Below, piece by piece: positions 1 through 13,984 of a stretch of DNA of 64,000 bases. The stretch spans positions 124,001 through 188,000 of the forward strand of contig JAXLNO010000174.1 of the NCBI GenBank assembly GCA_038087875.1, written 5' to 3'. This stretch comes from Malacoraja senta (Eukaryota). The position numbers and the translations under genes are program-made. The notes below the pieces were generated by a model. The model ran no database searches. It saw nothing but the letters and a program-made list of their open reading frames with translations, and was not told where the DNA came from. Numbering within the stretch: the first letter of the stretch is position 1; each line of letters starts with the position of its first letter.

Positions 1-1715
1 CCAAACCGTACATTTGTTCGTTCACAACAAGATGGCTTGGATGTACAATTTGAAATCAGTCATTATATTCAAAAAGGGTGATTGAGGTCGAATCATGAAT
101 CTCACCAATTGTGTCCAATATATTTACAAGACAAAAGAAAGATGGGGGATGACGAATCCTCCTGGACTTGAACCGACTAAACACCTTTGTGCAGTACAGA
201 CATTTGAAAATGGAAAATTGTGTTACTGCAAAACAATTGGTTTCCAAAGGATGTTATCTGGCATGCATCGATCTTAAAGGTGCATACTAGTCGGTGCCTA
301 TTCATAAGGATCACCGAACATACTTAAAATTCAACTTGGTGGGGCAGCTTTAGCAGTATAAAGCTTTCCCTAATGGGTTAACTTCAGCTCCCAGATTATT
401 CACCAAATTATTAAAACCAGTTCTTGCGCTTTTACGAGCTTATAAACACAAAGTAATGGCGTACTTGGACGATATCCTTATTATAGGCAAGACTGGAATT
501 GGCTTGTTCAGCGGTCTCAGCCACCAAGCTCATATTGGGGCGATTGGGATTTCACATCCATCCAGTTAAATCCAAGTTGACATCATCCCAAGTTATGGAT
601 TATTTGGGATTCACTTTTAACTCTGTTCATATGTCTGTAACTCTGCCTTGCAGCAAGAAATAGGAGTTAATAGAGGCCTGCAATGACCTCATAACAAAGC
701 AGCAGTCATCCATCCGACAAGTGGCCAGTTTAATTGGCAAATTAGTGGCTGCTTTCCCAGCTGCAAAATGTGGACCTTTTTATTATCAACAATTACAACG
801 AGCAAAGGTGCTGGCACTCAAACATCATTTAGGTCACTTTGACAGGAATATGCAATTGCCGGCTGAAGCCATTGCCGAATTATAATGGTGGAAGTCCTAC
901 ATTCAGCATTGCTCTAGCAATATGTCGGTTGATAGTCCGTCAGTTATTTTACAAACGGATGCCAGTGCTCTGGGATGGGGCGCTACTGACACCATCTCTA
1001 GCTGCGGTGGCGGATGGAACATGCATGAGCTAACATTATTTCAGTTACATGGTGTTAATTATTTTTGAGTTACTGGCAGCTCTCTATGAATTGAGTGCTT
1101 ATTGTGGGTATATGCACCATCTGCATGTTCGATTACAGATTGATAACCGCACAGCGGTGGCATACGTAAATCACATGGGTGGACTCAAGTCAGTATCCTG
1201 TGATGAATTGGCTAACCGCATTTGGCACTGGTGCATTGCAAGAAATATTTGGGTTTCAGCTACCTACCTGCCAGGTACATTTAATACGGTGGCGGACACC
1301 ATGTCACGCAAATTCAATGACAACACAGAATGGATGTTGAATCATAGAGTGTTTAAGAATATTATTTCTAGGTATGGAACACCGGATATAGATGTGTTTG
1401 CATCCAGGCTAAATCATCAGTTACCGAAGTATGTTGCATGGGAACCAGACCCAGGGGCAGTAGCGGTGGATGGTTTCTCGCTACATTGGGGAGGAATGTT
1501 TTTCTATGCATTTCCCCCATTCTGCCTTGTCACTCGATGCCTGCTTAAAATTAAGCAAGACTCTGCCACAGGTACTCTAATAGTCCCTGATTTGCCTACT
1601 CAGCAAAGGTATCCACTCATTTTGGGTATGGTCATATAATCCTTCATGGCGGTTCCAAAATGCAGGAATCTTCTAATTCACCCCATCACCGGGGGAAGAT
1701 CATCGTCTACATGAT
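1..1715 (+). mobile_element. Degenerate DIRS1-like retrotransposon pol fragment (RT, RNase H, methyltransferase-like domain), cut by the gap
   Basis: Frameshifted RT motifs (IDLKGAY, PNGLTSAPRLFTK, AYLDDIL). ORF 1049-1639 has QIDNRTAVAYVNHMGG, ADTMSR, IDVFASRLNHQLPKY and YAFPPF. It is collinear with, but clearly diverged from, the DIRS copy at 25170-29240. Confidence 0.88.
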
Positions 1716-1915
1716 NNNNNNNNNNNNNNNNNNNNNNNNNNNNNNNNNNNNNNNNNNNNNNNNNNNNNNNNNNNNNNNNNNNNNNNNNNNNNNNNNNNNN
1801 NNNNNNNNNNNNNNNNNNNNNNNNNNNNNNNNNNNNNNNNNNNNNNNNNNNNNNNNNNNNNNNNNNNNNNNNNNNNNNNNNNNNNNNNNNNNNNNNNNNN
1901 NNNNNNNNNNNNNNN
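1716..1915. other. Assembly gap (200 N)
   Basis: Run of N read directly. Confidence 1.
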
Positions 1916-3159
1916 GCTCTCTCTCCATCACCCATCTATCCACACCCCTCCCCTCCACACCCCTCATCCACCCCTCTCTCATCACCCTTTTCCATCATCC
2001 CCTCACCCCTTCCCCCTCCCTCCACCTCCCTGCCCCTCTCGCATCCCTCACTCCCCTTCCAAACCACCCCCCCCAACCATTCACCCCCTCCCTTCCCACT
2101 CTTCCCCTTTTCTCGTACCCCCCCCTCTGCCCCCATTCACCACCCTCTCACCATCCGCCTTCCGTCTCTCCCCTCCCTTCCCCTACCTCTCTCTCCACCG
2201 CTCTCACATCCCCTGATCGCACCTCCATCATCTGTTGACGCCCGTTATATACAGCTCGCTCGCGTTGCCCGCTGGGAACCCATTACCATCTAAACGTTCG
2301 ATCTAAACGCTGGATTTCTGCCGTTTTCTTATTTTTTATTTGACACGTGTGTTTTGAAAATCTTTTTATTTTTGATTACATTCATTATTTCGGTTTAGAC
2401 TTTTTTCCAAAAGGTAAACGCTGTTCTTTTTTTCCAAACGTAGACGATGTTTTCAATATATTTATGTATGAATAATTATTTTTGAAAAGATTATTGCATA
2501 ACTGTTTAAAAACGTCGCGCTTATTTGATCCACTGAACTAAACTTAAATTGGCTTTGCAATCGGCTTGCGAGTAAGCGGATAGGCAGTGACGCAGATCGG
2601 CGGCTCTCCACACACGTGTCTCTACTCTCACTTTCTCCTCTCTCTTCTCTCTCTCTCTCTCGCACCCCTCACTCCCTCTCTCTCTCCATCTCTCTCTCCC
2701 TCCTCTCTCTCTCCACCCCCTCTATCTCTCTCCCCTCTCTCTCTATCTCCCCATGGTGTGACGCCGCAGGCCCATTCCTCCCCTGCAAACGCGCGTTGGA
2801 GGCACAGACCAAACTTGTCTGCACTTGGTCTAGTAACTATTAAAACTGTCGTTCGTCTGTTTGTAACGGTTTCTATTTCGCGAAAATTCGTTTAAGCTGT
2901 TTGTGAATTTACTCCTCCAACCTTTGTCGTAACGGAGACATTTTTACATATTCCTGTAGAGTTTTCCTCCTCCACATTTTTTTAAAATAGAACATTTGGT
3001 TATTAATTCCCTGCTTTTTTAGTTAAAAACATCAAAACTATTTAAAATCAAGCTCCTGCATGAGTCACAAGGCCATCTCACAGATGTCCAATCACAATGG
3101 ATCTCATTTACCTATGATATGACATCACAATGGGACAGGGCTAGGAGATTGGTACCTTC

Positions 3160-6100
3160 ACGTGAGCCCACTAAAATAGTAAGATTAAACGAGAACTTAC
3201 CAGTTTGCAGTTTGATCTGTATTTTATGAGGAGTTACGATGAGGGATTACGTGAAGAACCCGTCCAGCACGCATGCGCGACATACTTCAAAGCAAAGGTG
3301 TGGAATCACAGGAAACACAATAATTGACATAAACATAGTAAAGAAAAGGACAACTAGATACCAGTTGATCTCTATAATTGAGGGTGGGGAGCGGAGGGCA
3401 CGAATCCCTCAGCCTAACTCCTCATAAAATACAGATCAAACTTCAAACTGGTAAGTTCTCGTTTAATCTTACTATTTTACTTCGGAGTCACGTGAGTGAC
3501 TACGTGAAGATTTTAAAGCTCTGTGATTTCAAACCGTGTAACAGTTCATACTTCACTCGCTGCCGAAGTCATTCAAGGGAGGAAGTATGTTATCGTAATC
3601 AACCATGAATCTGTTTGTAAAAAAATAATGGTGTTTATTAAACAATAATAAAAGAAAAATGCTCCCCCGGGCTTAAATTATATATTTGCAAGATTCTAAT
3701 ACTCTTTCTGCAAATAACACAGGTTCTGCTAGCGGCTTGTTGTTGAACGTTTGGAACGTTTTCTCCATGGTCCACCCCGCTGTAGCCAGGATGTGGTCCA
3801 GTGGTACGTCCATCCTTTTAGCCGCCGATGTGGATACTGCCCTGGTGGAGTGAGATGTATATACGTCAGTATCTACTCCAGCAGCTCCCAGTACCTGCTT
3901 GAGCCATGTTTGAGATGGTTTGGCTCGACACCCGACCATGAGGTTTCTTGTGGCTGACCATAGGGCTTTTTTCTCTCCCTCGGGAATCTCTTGTTGTGCT
4001 GATGTAAGTGAGTAGGTGAGTCGTGACACACAACCGTGGGTCAGGTGGGTATGCCCGGAAATCCATAACTAGGCCTGAAGTTCCTGGCCTGCTCTGCTTT
4101 ACCAGCTCCTGAATGGCGAATGAGACCCGGTCTGGTATTATAACCATGTTGTCCAGTCGCAGTAAGTGGAGGGACTGGACTCTTTGTGTTGAGACTAGTG
4201 CCATCATCATGACCGTTTTCAGGGTTAGCTGTTCCAGGTGAGAGACCTGGCTGGTGACCATCCCCTTAGTTATGTCAGGACCACACTGACATCCCAGATT
4301 TGGGTTGTACCTAGGTCTAGGGGGGTTGGAGTGAATATACCCCTCATGAGTTTTGATCACCAGCGGGTGAGACCCTATGGCCTGTTGTCCTGGTACTTGT
4401 TTTAAGTAGGCTGACAGAGCACTTCTGGCAGTATTGATGGCGCTGTAGCTCAGTCCTTCATTATGGTGAAGGCCAGCCAGGAACTCCAGTACATTGGTTA
4501 TGGTTGCAGATGAGTATGTTGTCCCAGAAGTCGAGCAGTAATCTTTCCCACTTCCTGATGCTCGATAGGTATTGCTTCCTGGTGGACATACGGTAGGACG
4601 CTGTCACGTGTTGATGGTCCTGTCAGACAATTCCAGGCCCAGCATTGGTCTTTTCATAATCCGCATTCCCAGTAGGTTAATTTTCTCATGGCATGGATGA
4701 CTTATGCCTGATACCGGGTGAGACAATAGGTCTGGGCTACTGGGAAAGGTCATAGGAGTTTCGATGACCATGTCGAGGACCACCTGGGAACATGGCTGTG
4801 TAGGCCAGTAGGGTACATCAAAATACCTGAAGCAGAGTCCATCTGTATTTTGCGTAGTACCCTACTGATGAGGCAGAAGGGGGGGAAGCATAAAATAAAT
4901 AGTTTCCCCAGTTGAGCGCGCATGCATCTATCGCTGCTGCCTCATGGTCTGGTTCCCAAGCGACATACATTGGTACCTGGTGATTTAGTCTGGATGCAAA
5001 GAGATCGATATCTGGTGTGCCATATGCTTTGTAATTTTAGCAAAAGGTCTAGGATTTAACATCCATTCGTGCAATCATTGAATTTGCGTGACTGGTGTCT
5101 GCCACTGTATTTAGATTACCTGGTAGGTAAGTTGCTGATAGCCAAATATGTCTATCGACACACCATTGCCAGATTTTGTTGACCAAATTGTCACATGATA
5201 TCGATTTTTTCCGCCCATATGATTAATATCGGCCACCACCGTGTATTATAAAATTTGTAACGAACATGCAAATGGTGCATATTCGTAGAATTGTTTTTAA
5301 ACCATAAAACGCACCCAACAGTTCCAAATAATTAATGCCCTGTGTTTGTAGCAAAAGATGATTCAAGGTTAGTCCATCTACCACCTGTGCTGGATTATGG
5401 ATTAGTTGTTCCCCAGCCTTGAGCACTGGCATCTGTTTGTATAGTTAATGTTGGGTTATTGATGATGATAGGGCTGGAACTATGCCAACTGTGCTCTATC
5501 CACTACTGTAACACGATATAGCTCAATGGATAATTTCATTGTTCGGTCAAGTGACCTGCAAATTTCGTTTTTATAGACCCTGTACTTTTACACTTTGGTA
5601 GGTTTTGATGAGCAAGGGTCAATTGTGTAGCTGGAAATGCTGCTACATTTTGCCAATTAATCTGCCCTTGGCGGATGGGTTGGTCGATTGCTAGCCATTA
5701 AATTATTACACGTCTGTGCCAATTCTGCTGCTTTATCTTTTGCAATGTTACAGACATGTGACTGAGTTATTTGTGAATCCCAGATAGTCATAGCTGTGGA
5801 TGGCGTCAACTTAGATTTATCTGGATGTAATACAAAGCCGAGGGTTTCAAAAATTGTTTGGTAGCTAATAAAGCTGATTTAGCCAACTCCATGGATTTTG
5901 CCTCTTATTACAATATCATCAAGCTATGCATGACAATATGTCTCTGTTTTCTTAATGTTGCCAAGGCTGGTTTTAATATCTTGGTAAATAGTCTTGGGCT
6001 GATGTTAACCCATTAGGCAACGAATTAAACTGCCATAGTTGCCCCATCCAGGGTAAATTTCAGGTATCTGCGATGACCCTTTTGAATGGGTACTGTATAG

Positions 6101-7210
6101 TAGGCATCTTTTAAATCAATGCTTGCCATAATGTATCCTTTGGAAATCAGTTGTTTGGCGGTTACAAATGGTTCCATTTGAAATGTACATACTGAAAAAA
6201 AGTATTTAGTGAGGGTTAAGTCAATGAGGATGCGACAAGCACCATCTTTTTTGTTTTGGTAAATATATTTGAGACAAATTCCAAGGTTCATGTTTGTATT
6301 TCGCAATGATACCCTTTGTAAGTAACCTCGCCAGTTCTGCATGACCCTCTAGTTTTTTGACTGAGAGGGTAAAGACCCTTTGGGGTACATGCTGAACTGG
6401 TGGCACATTTTCTTGAATGAACTCTATTTTGTATCCACGAATACTGTTCCGTATATAACTATCTTCGTGACAGACCTCCATGCTTCAATGAACAAGTGTA
6501 ATCTCCCCCCTGTTAGTACATTTCCCCCACTTTTTATATGCTGTAGAACCAGACCACCTACCTCCATAATTATGGAGTGTTCCTTTCTTCAGTTTCTTCA
6601 TCCGCTCGTTGTACTGCTGGATGTACTGCTGGTTGGGGGTGGCGCATTTTCCATGGAGTCCGCTCTGGGCCCTGGCCTAAAAAAGGCTTTCGGGATGGTA
6701 TGCGGACCCCGAAGCTTTCACCAGTCCATAAGTTTGACGTCGACTAGTGGACGTGGTGGGGTACTGCCGTCTGGATTGTGTGGGTCTGCTCTTTCCGGGG
6801 CTGCCCTCATGAGGCTGAATGCTTTGGACTCTTCCTCCAGGTCTTTCACCTTGTTTTGTCAAGTCCATTCCAAATAACAGGATCTGTGTCTCTGATGCCG
6901 GTGTTTTACACAGTGCTGCCATATTTGGGATTGAGGGCAGGTCTTATTATCTCCTTGCGGATGTGTTTATCTCATATTCAGTGTTGCACAGCAGAGCCAG
7001 AGTGTCTGCTGGTTGGTGGTCATATCCACACCTCCCACGGAACGAGCATAGGATGTTATCCCTGCCATCAGGAGCTTGAGGATACGCTGTAATTTTTGCT
7101 CCTGGTTCAGGATACTCTGTCCAACATACCCCCAGGTTTGGCTGTTAACGGCCGGTACGTTGAGTGAACTGAAGTTCTCCGGAGGCGACTAGAGTTCTAG
7201 TGCCTCATCA
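3160..7210 (-). mobile_element. DIRS1-like element, left-arm mirror copy (more frameshifted)
   Basis: Reverse complement of 25170-29240; tyrosine recombinase fragments at 3673-4029 and 3866-4360. Confidence 0.88.
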
Positions 7211-7211
7211 G

Positions 7212-7820
7212 AGGCCCGAGAGCCGTTGGAGAGGTCGCAGAGGAGGAGCTACACCCGCGCGATAGGAGATGAAGTGGAGCGCGGGGCTTGCTTCTTACAG
7301 AAGCCCGAGAAGCCGTTGGAGAGGTCACAGTGGGAGGAGCTACACCGAGCGGTAGGAGTTAAAGTGCAGCGCGGGACTTGCTTCTTACAGAGGCCCGAGA
7401 GCGTTGGAGAGGTCGCAGAGGGAGGAGCTACACCCGAGCGGTAGGAGTTAAAGTGGACCGCGGGCTTGCTTCTTACAGAGGCCCGAGAGCAGTTGGAGAG
7501 GTCGCAGTGGGAGGAGCTACACCCGAGCGGTAGGAGATAAAGTGGAGCGCGGGGCTTGCTTCTTACAGATGCCGAGAGCCGTTGGAGAGGTCGCAGAGGG
7601 AGGAGCTACACCCGAGCGGTAGGAGTTAAAGTGGTGCGAGGGTCTTGTTTCTTACAGAGGCCCGAGAGCCGTTGGAGAGGTCGCAGAGGGTAGAGCTACA
7701 CCCGAGCGGTAGCAGTTAAAGTGGAGCGCGGGGATTGCTTCTTACAGAGGCCCGAGAGCTGTTGGAGCGGTCGCAGAGGGAGGAGCTACACCCGAGCGGA
7801 AGGAGTTAAAGTGGAACGCG
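7212..7820 (+). repeat. 90-bp tandem repeat, left-arm mirror copy
   Basis: Recurring GGAGGAGCTACACCCGAGCGGTAGGAGTTAAAGTGG...CTTCTTACAGAGGCCCGAGAGCCGTTGGAGAGGTCGCAG unit. Confidence 0.9.
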
Positions 7821-10800
7821 TTAAAATCGGGTCTGGAGGTCGGGACCGTTTTTAAAAACTTACCGGAGTCTCACGTCGCGGCGCTGATGACGTCATCAGT
7901 AAGCGCCGTGAATTTAACGGAGGAAAGTCATTTAAAATGAAAAGTACATCTCCAGGTCAGAGCCCACAGAGGAAAGTTACAAAACAATCGCTGAAGACTC
8001 TGGACAGCAAGAAACTGCAAAACGGACCTCTGGAGTGGTTTCTGGAATGGACACACGATTTAAGACTGAGATGACCACAAAAGAGAAAACCGAATTGGAG
8101 GAGTTAAATAACTCGTAAGAGATTTGAAAAATGACTTGAAAATTGGAAACATAAATTTGATGGCCGGTAATGAAAAAATACTTGCGGGCATTGGTGCTCT
8201 GCAAAAAAGAGTGGATGATGTGCAAGAAGAATTAACGGGGAAAATTAATAAGATGGCAGAAGAGACCACAAAGATGTTTGAGGCTGTGCATGAAACTGTT
8301 TCTGCAAATGTAACTGCAGTGAAAGATATGGAAGCTGTTGTGGAAGAGATGACCGGAGAGATGCAGACGATGAAGTTAGAAATAGACAGCCTCAAGAGCC
8401 ATCTTACAAAAGTGTCTGATAAATGTGTTGACCTAGAAGCTCGCTCAAGACGACAAAATATACGTATACGTGGAGTAAAAGAGGGAGCTGAGGGGGACAA
8501 TGCTTGTGAGTTCACTGCCAATCTAATTAAATACGTACTCAAACTATCTGAGGCACCTGTAATTGAAGTAGCACATCGACTACCCAGATTTAAACCAAGA
8601 TCTCAAGGAGCACATGCCTACCCACGACATAGCATAGTTAAACTTCGGGATATCCCAACAATGGAAGCGCTGATGAAAAAAATCAATACGGAGAGGAGAT
8701 GATGTACAGAAATGATTCTATTAAACTCCTACGGGACTACCCTTACGAAATTGTGCAAAAGAGAAAGAAGTTCTCACAGACCAGAGAAGTTCTATACGGT
8801 GTCAAGGGTGTCATATGTGGAGTGTGTTATCCGGCAGGATGCGTATTACTTTCATGGGAAAGTCAAAAACATTCATTAACTCGGCAGAATCTCTTAAATA
8901 CTCTAAAGAAATCGTGGCCAAGGCAGCAACAAGTGAAGATTGATCACCAATACAAGAATATCACAGAAAAGTGAATAACTGAACAATCAATCTTTTAAAA
9001 TTATCACACGCAACAGATTTTCCAGGAGACGTGTCTAGACATTATTATCTCCCCTTGAACATTGTGCATCTAACTCAAGGACACTCTGTGCTCAAACGAG
9101 GAAAGACTGATAACATGGAACTGACGATCTGATGTGCTGAGAGTGAAAAACATCACATGGCTATATAGTTTTATAAAATATGAGAATCAATAATAATTAA
9201 AAATTAACAATACTAATATAGAAATAGCAATTGAAACTGATAAAAATGTGTTGCCTGCCTTATAACGCAGACAACAGTAATCACATATGTTCCGCAGCTC
9301 GAGTGGGGAGGGGAGGAGACTATGCACCTGGCATAACTCCAGGAGCCTGACTCCGGTTAACCCTTTCAGCGAACAGCTCACTTTTAACAATAGTAAAACC
9401 AATTCAAAATAGTTAAGAGATAAAGAGTGAGGAATATATGTAACTGAATACAATTGAAGTCGGAATGAAACATATATATATACTGCAACTGGGTGAAATA
9501 GAACTGATTTGGAAACGGTACCGACCCCCTAGGTTTTGGGTAATAAAGGCAGCGGGGCTAACGTCATAACATCTACGCCGGAAGCGATATCGATGTCGTA
9601 CCCCACAGACGAGTGGGACACTCACTACGTGTTGAAATCTCAGACACCGTACACTTATTTGATATACTTTTATTTTTTATTTTAGCACAATACGTCACAT
9701 CTATCGTGTTTTCTTTCCAAGGACAATCGCGGAGGAGAACTACCAGGAAGTCTATAATAGAATGCCCCCAAAATAACCAGAGTCCTGAGGTATGAATGCA
9801 CCATAATAAATAAGATCATTAAATTGGTAAAAATGTATGATGATAATCAAAAGAAAAGGGAGGAATCACACTATGTAGCTGGAATATAAGGGGTATTAAT
9901 GAACCTATTAAAAGGGACAAGATACTAGCTCAGTTGAATCATACAACACGGACATTTCGTTTCTACAGGAAACGCATCTTAAACATCAAGATCAGACGAG
10001 ACTGAGGGCGAACTGATAGGACAAACATTTCACTCTTCATTCACCTCCAAATCTAGAGGTACTGCAATCATCATTCGTAAAGGAATTCCATTAAATCAAA
10101 GAATACTATTTTAGATAAGGAAGGAGATACCTTATAGTAGCAGGAGAGATCAATAATACGCAATTACGCTGGTAAATATATACGCGCCCAATTTCGATAA
10201 CCCTCAATTTTTTAATAAAATCTGAATATAATTGCAGAATTTAATTATCAAAATGTTATAATTGGAGGAGACTTTAACTGTCTTTTAGACCCTTATCTAG
10301 ATAAAATCGATGCAAAAACAAAAGGTAATATGAAATCTAAAACCAGTGAACTTTTACATACATATATGGAAAACACAAATATAGCAGATGTGTGGAGGAT
10401 TGCAAACCCGACGGGAAGGGATTATTCGTTTTATTCAACGGTGCAATAAAACATACTCACGGATAGACTACTTTCTTGTGGATACAAAATTAATTCCGCA
10501 CACAATGAACGCTAAATACCACACTAATGCGATCTCAGGCCACTCTCCGTTAACTTTTGTTTTAAAAATAGAAGGAATGTCTATGAATAAATCGTTCTGG
10601 AGGTTTAACTCGCAAATTTTTAAAAGACCCACAAGGGAGTATATATCTAAAAAAACAGATGGATCTATTTTTTGAGATAAATGATACATCAGATATTTCC
10701 CCCACGCTATTATGGGAATCCTTCAAAGCATTTATTAGAGGAGTCATTATTTCATTCCAAGCTTATCAAAAAAAAGAATAAGAATGAACAAAGACATTTA

Positions 10801-13800
10801 GAAGAACAAATAAAACAATTAGATACAGATAATGCTAAAGATCCAACTATGGATAAACATAATAAAATCCTACTATTGAAATTCAAGCTAAATAAATTAC
10901 TGTCAGAGAAAGTTATAACATATTTCAAATCACAAAACAAGAACACTTCGAATTCGGGGACAAACCCCACAAACTCCTCGCACGGCACTGAAAAAACGGG
11001 AAAAAGAGAATGCAATATTAAAGATTACATCAGACAGAGGGGAATTATTAACACTACCCAAGGATATCAATAAAAGATTTGCTCAATTTTACCAGAATCT
11101 ATCACATCTAAAACGTTAATAGACAATAATAAAATCTCAGAATTTTTAGATAACTGTACCTACCACAATTAGAACTGACGGGAACAACAGGAACTGGAGC
11201 ACAAATTACTTCTAAGGAGATAGAAGACACAATAAAAACACTAAAGAATGGAAAAACACCAGGACCAGACGGATTCAGTAATGAATTTTATAAATCTTTT
11301 ATGACATAGTTACTCCACGATTACAGAAAATGTATACACTTGCTTTTAAAGAGCAAAACTTACCTGAAATACCAGCAGAATCAACGATCATATTAATACT
11401 TAAAAAAGATAAAAATATAGAAGAACCAGGATCATATAGAGCTATGCTTTGTTAAATACGGATCAAAAAATAATAGCGAAAACACTAACCAGTAGACTAA
11501 GCAGGTATGTTAGCAGACTAATAAATGAGGATCAAACAGGATTTATACCTAAGAGACATTCATTTAATAATTTGAGACGTTTGCTTAACATAATGCACTC
11601 ACATAAATCTCAGGACCAAGAGTTATCTATCATCTCATTGGACGCAGAAAAAGCGTTTGATCAAGTAGAATGGACTATATGATTAAAGTATTGCAAAAAT
11701 TCCAATTGGTAGAGAACTTCATTGCATGGATATAAAACTATTATATAACAAACCTACGGCTAGAATACTAACTATTAATATATTATCCTCGAAAATTTGA
11801 ACTATCAAGGGGCAATAGACAAGGATGTTCATTATCACCGCTGTTATTTGCTTTAGTAATTGAACCCCTTGCTGAAAAAATAAGCACACACATGGATATT
11901 TACGGTTATAATACAAAATATTCAAATAACAAAACATCCTTATATGCCGATGATGTACTATTGTACATCACAAAACACAAATTAGTATACCAAATATATT
12001 AAATTTAATGAGGACTTTGGATTCTTTTCAGGATATAGAATAAACTGGAACAAAAGTGAAATTATGTCGATAAAACCAAAAGACTCAACACACCTCAGGA
12101 AATTCCCCTTTAAATAGCTACAGAAAAAATTCAAATATTTGGGAATTGAAATTAGTAGAAATTACCAGGATAATGTTTAAAGCCAATTATAATCCCTTGC
12201 TTAAGAAATTAAATAATATGATTAAATTCTGGAAAACACTTCCGATGTCCTTAATAGGCAGAATAAATGGTATAAAAAATGATTTTCTTACCACAAATCT
12301 ATACCTATTTCAATCAATACCTATATATCTCCCAAAAAAAGTTTTTCAAAAAATTGGACTCAGACACTAAAAATGTTATATGGATTATAAATCCCATAGA
12401 ATACAAAGAGCACACCTTAATAAACGAAACGAGTTGGGGGGTCTCACGCTCCCTAACTTTATGTATTTAAATGGGCAGTAAATATTAAAAATATGAATCA
12501 CCTGCTGGACAATTCTGCCCAGCAGATGGACTGGATTATAATGAAAAAGGGGACTGTTCCCCGAGTAATATAGAGCGATTATTCTCTCTCCAATATATTT
12601 GAATAATAAAAATTATAATAAAAACCCAATTATAAATAGCACAATTAGACATGGAAACAAATAAAACAGAATCTAAAATTAAGAAACCTATCTCTCTCAA
12701 TACCAATAGTTAATAACCCATCGTTTAAACTTCAACCATAGACAAATCATTTATACAATGGGAAAGAATGGGAATCAAAACGCTCGAAGATCTGTATGAA
12801 TTGGGAAATTACTATCATTTCAACAACTACAACTGAAATATAATCTGAAAAAATATCAATATTTTAAATATCTACAAATTCGTGATTACCTGAAAAAACA
12901 CACAAAAGACTATCATAATATGCCTTCCGACTTACTAGATGAAGCAATTAGACAAAGGCGGAATCAGCTAATCTAATATCGTACTTATATAATATCATTT
13001 TAAACATAGAAATACCCACAACAGATGGAATTAGAAGAGACTGGGAACAAGAATTATCTATAAAAAATTCAAAAGAGAGCTGGGATAACCATTTACTACA
13101 GGTGCATAAATGTTCGATCAACGTACGACATACGCTCATCCAATTCAAAACATTACATAGACTATATTATCAAAAAACTAAATTAAATAAAACCGTTCCT
13201 AATGTTTCACCAATCTGTGATAAATGTCTATGTCAAGAAGCTACCATAGCGCATTCTTTTTTTTTTGTAGAAAAATCCAAAAATTCTGGTATGAAATATT
13301 TGACATTTTCTCAAAATTAATTAAATAAAACTGGTACCAAAACCAGAATGGATCATTTTTGGAATATCGGAAGGTCTCCCTGAATAAACGTGTATCAGAA
13401 GAACTTATTCAATTACGGGCTATAATGGGAAAAAGGCTCATACTTAAATTCTGGAAAAATGCGCCCACACCAACAATAAAAATGTGACATCAAATATGTT
13501 GGAAACATTACATCTGGAAGAGATGAGATTCCTCTTAGCAGGTAAAGCAGACCAATTCCAAAAGACGTGGTCTACGTTTCTGGACCTATTACAAGCATGA
13601 GGTGCAATAGTAATTTAAAAAATAAATAAATAAAGAAATGGTATCAGGACCTGGTAATGGGAGGTAAAACAATAAAAACAGACTTGGTTGGTGGTTCCCT
13701 TTCTGCGATTGTTCCTACTTTCTTTTTCTTTCTTTTCTAGGATCTACTTTCTTACTTTACTTCCTTCTCTAACTTCTTTTCTAAGGGACTTTCTTTTCAC

Positions 13801-13953
13801 AACACTCTCTTGCACTCCACGACTCTTGCGCACTTTCTTTACTTTTCTTACTTCTATCTTTCTCTTAAAGCTCAAAAAAATGAAGCGGTATAAAAAATGT
13901 GTTAAGATATAAGTGTTGTGTATTACTGTAATTTACCGTACTTCTAATAAAAA

Positions 13954-13984
<31 letters not shown>
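7821..13984 (+). mobile_element. Full-length L1, left-arm mirror copy (indel-rich)
   Basis: Reverse complement of 18351-24551; poly(A) at ~13960-13984. Confidence 0.9.

Noticed and set aside
1660..2238. ORFs spanning the N run
   Set aside because: Artefacts of translating the gap.
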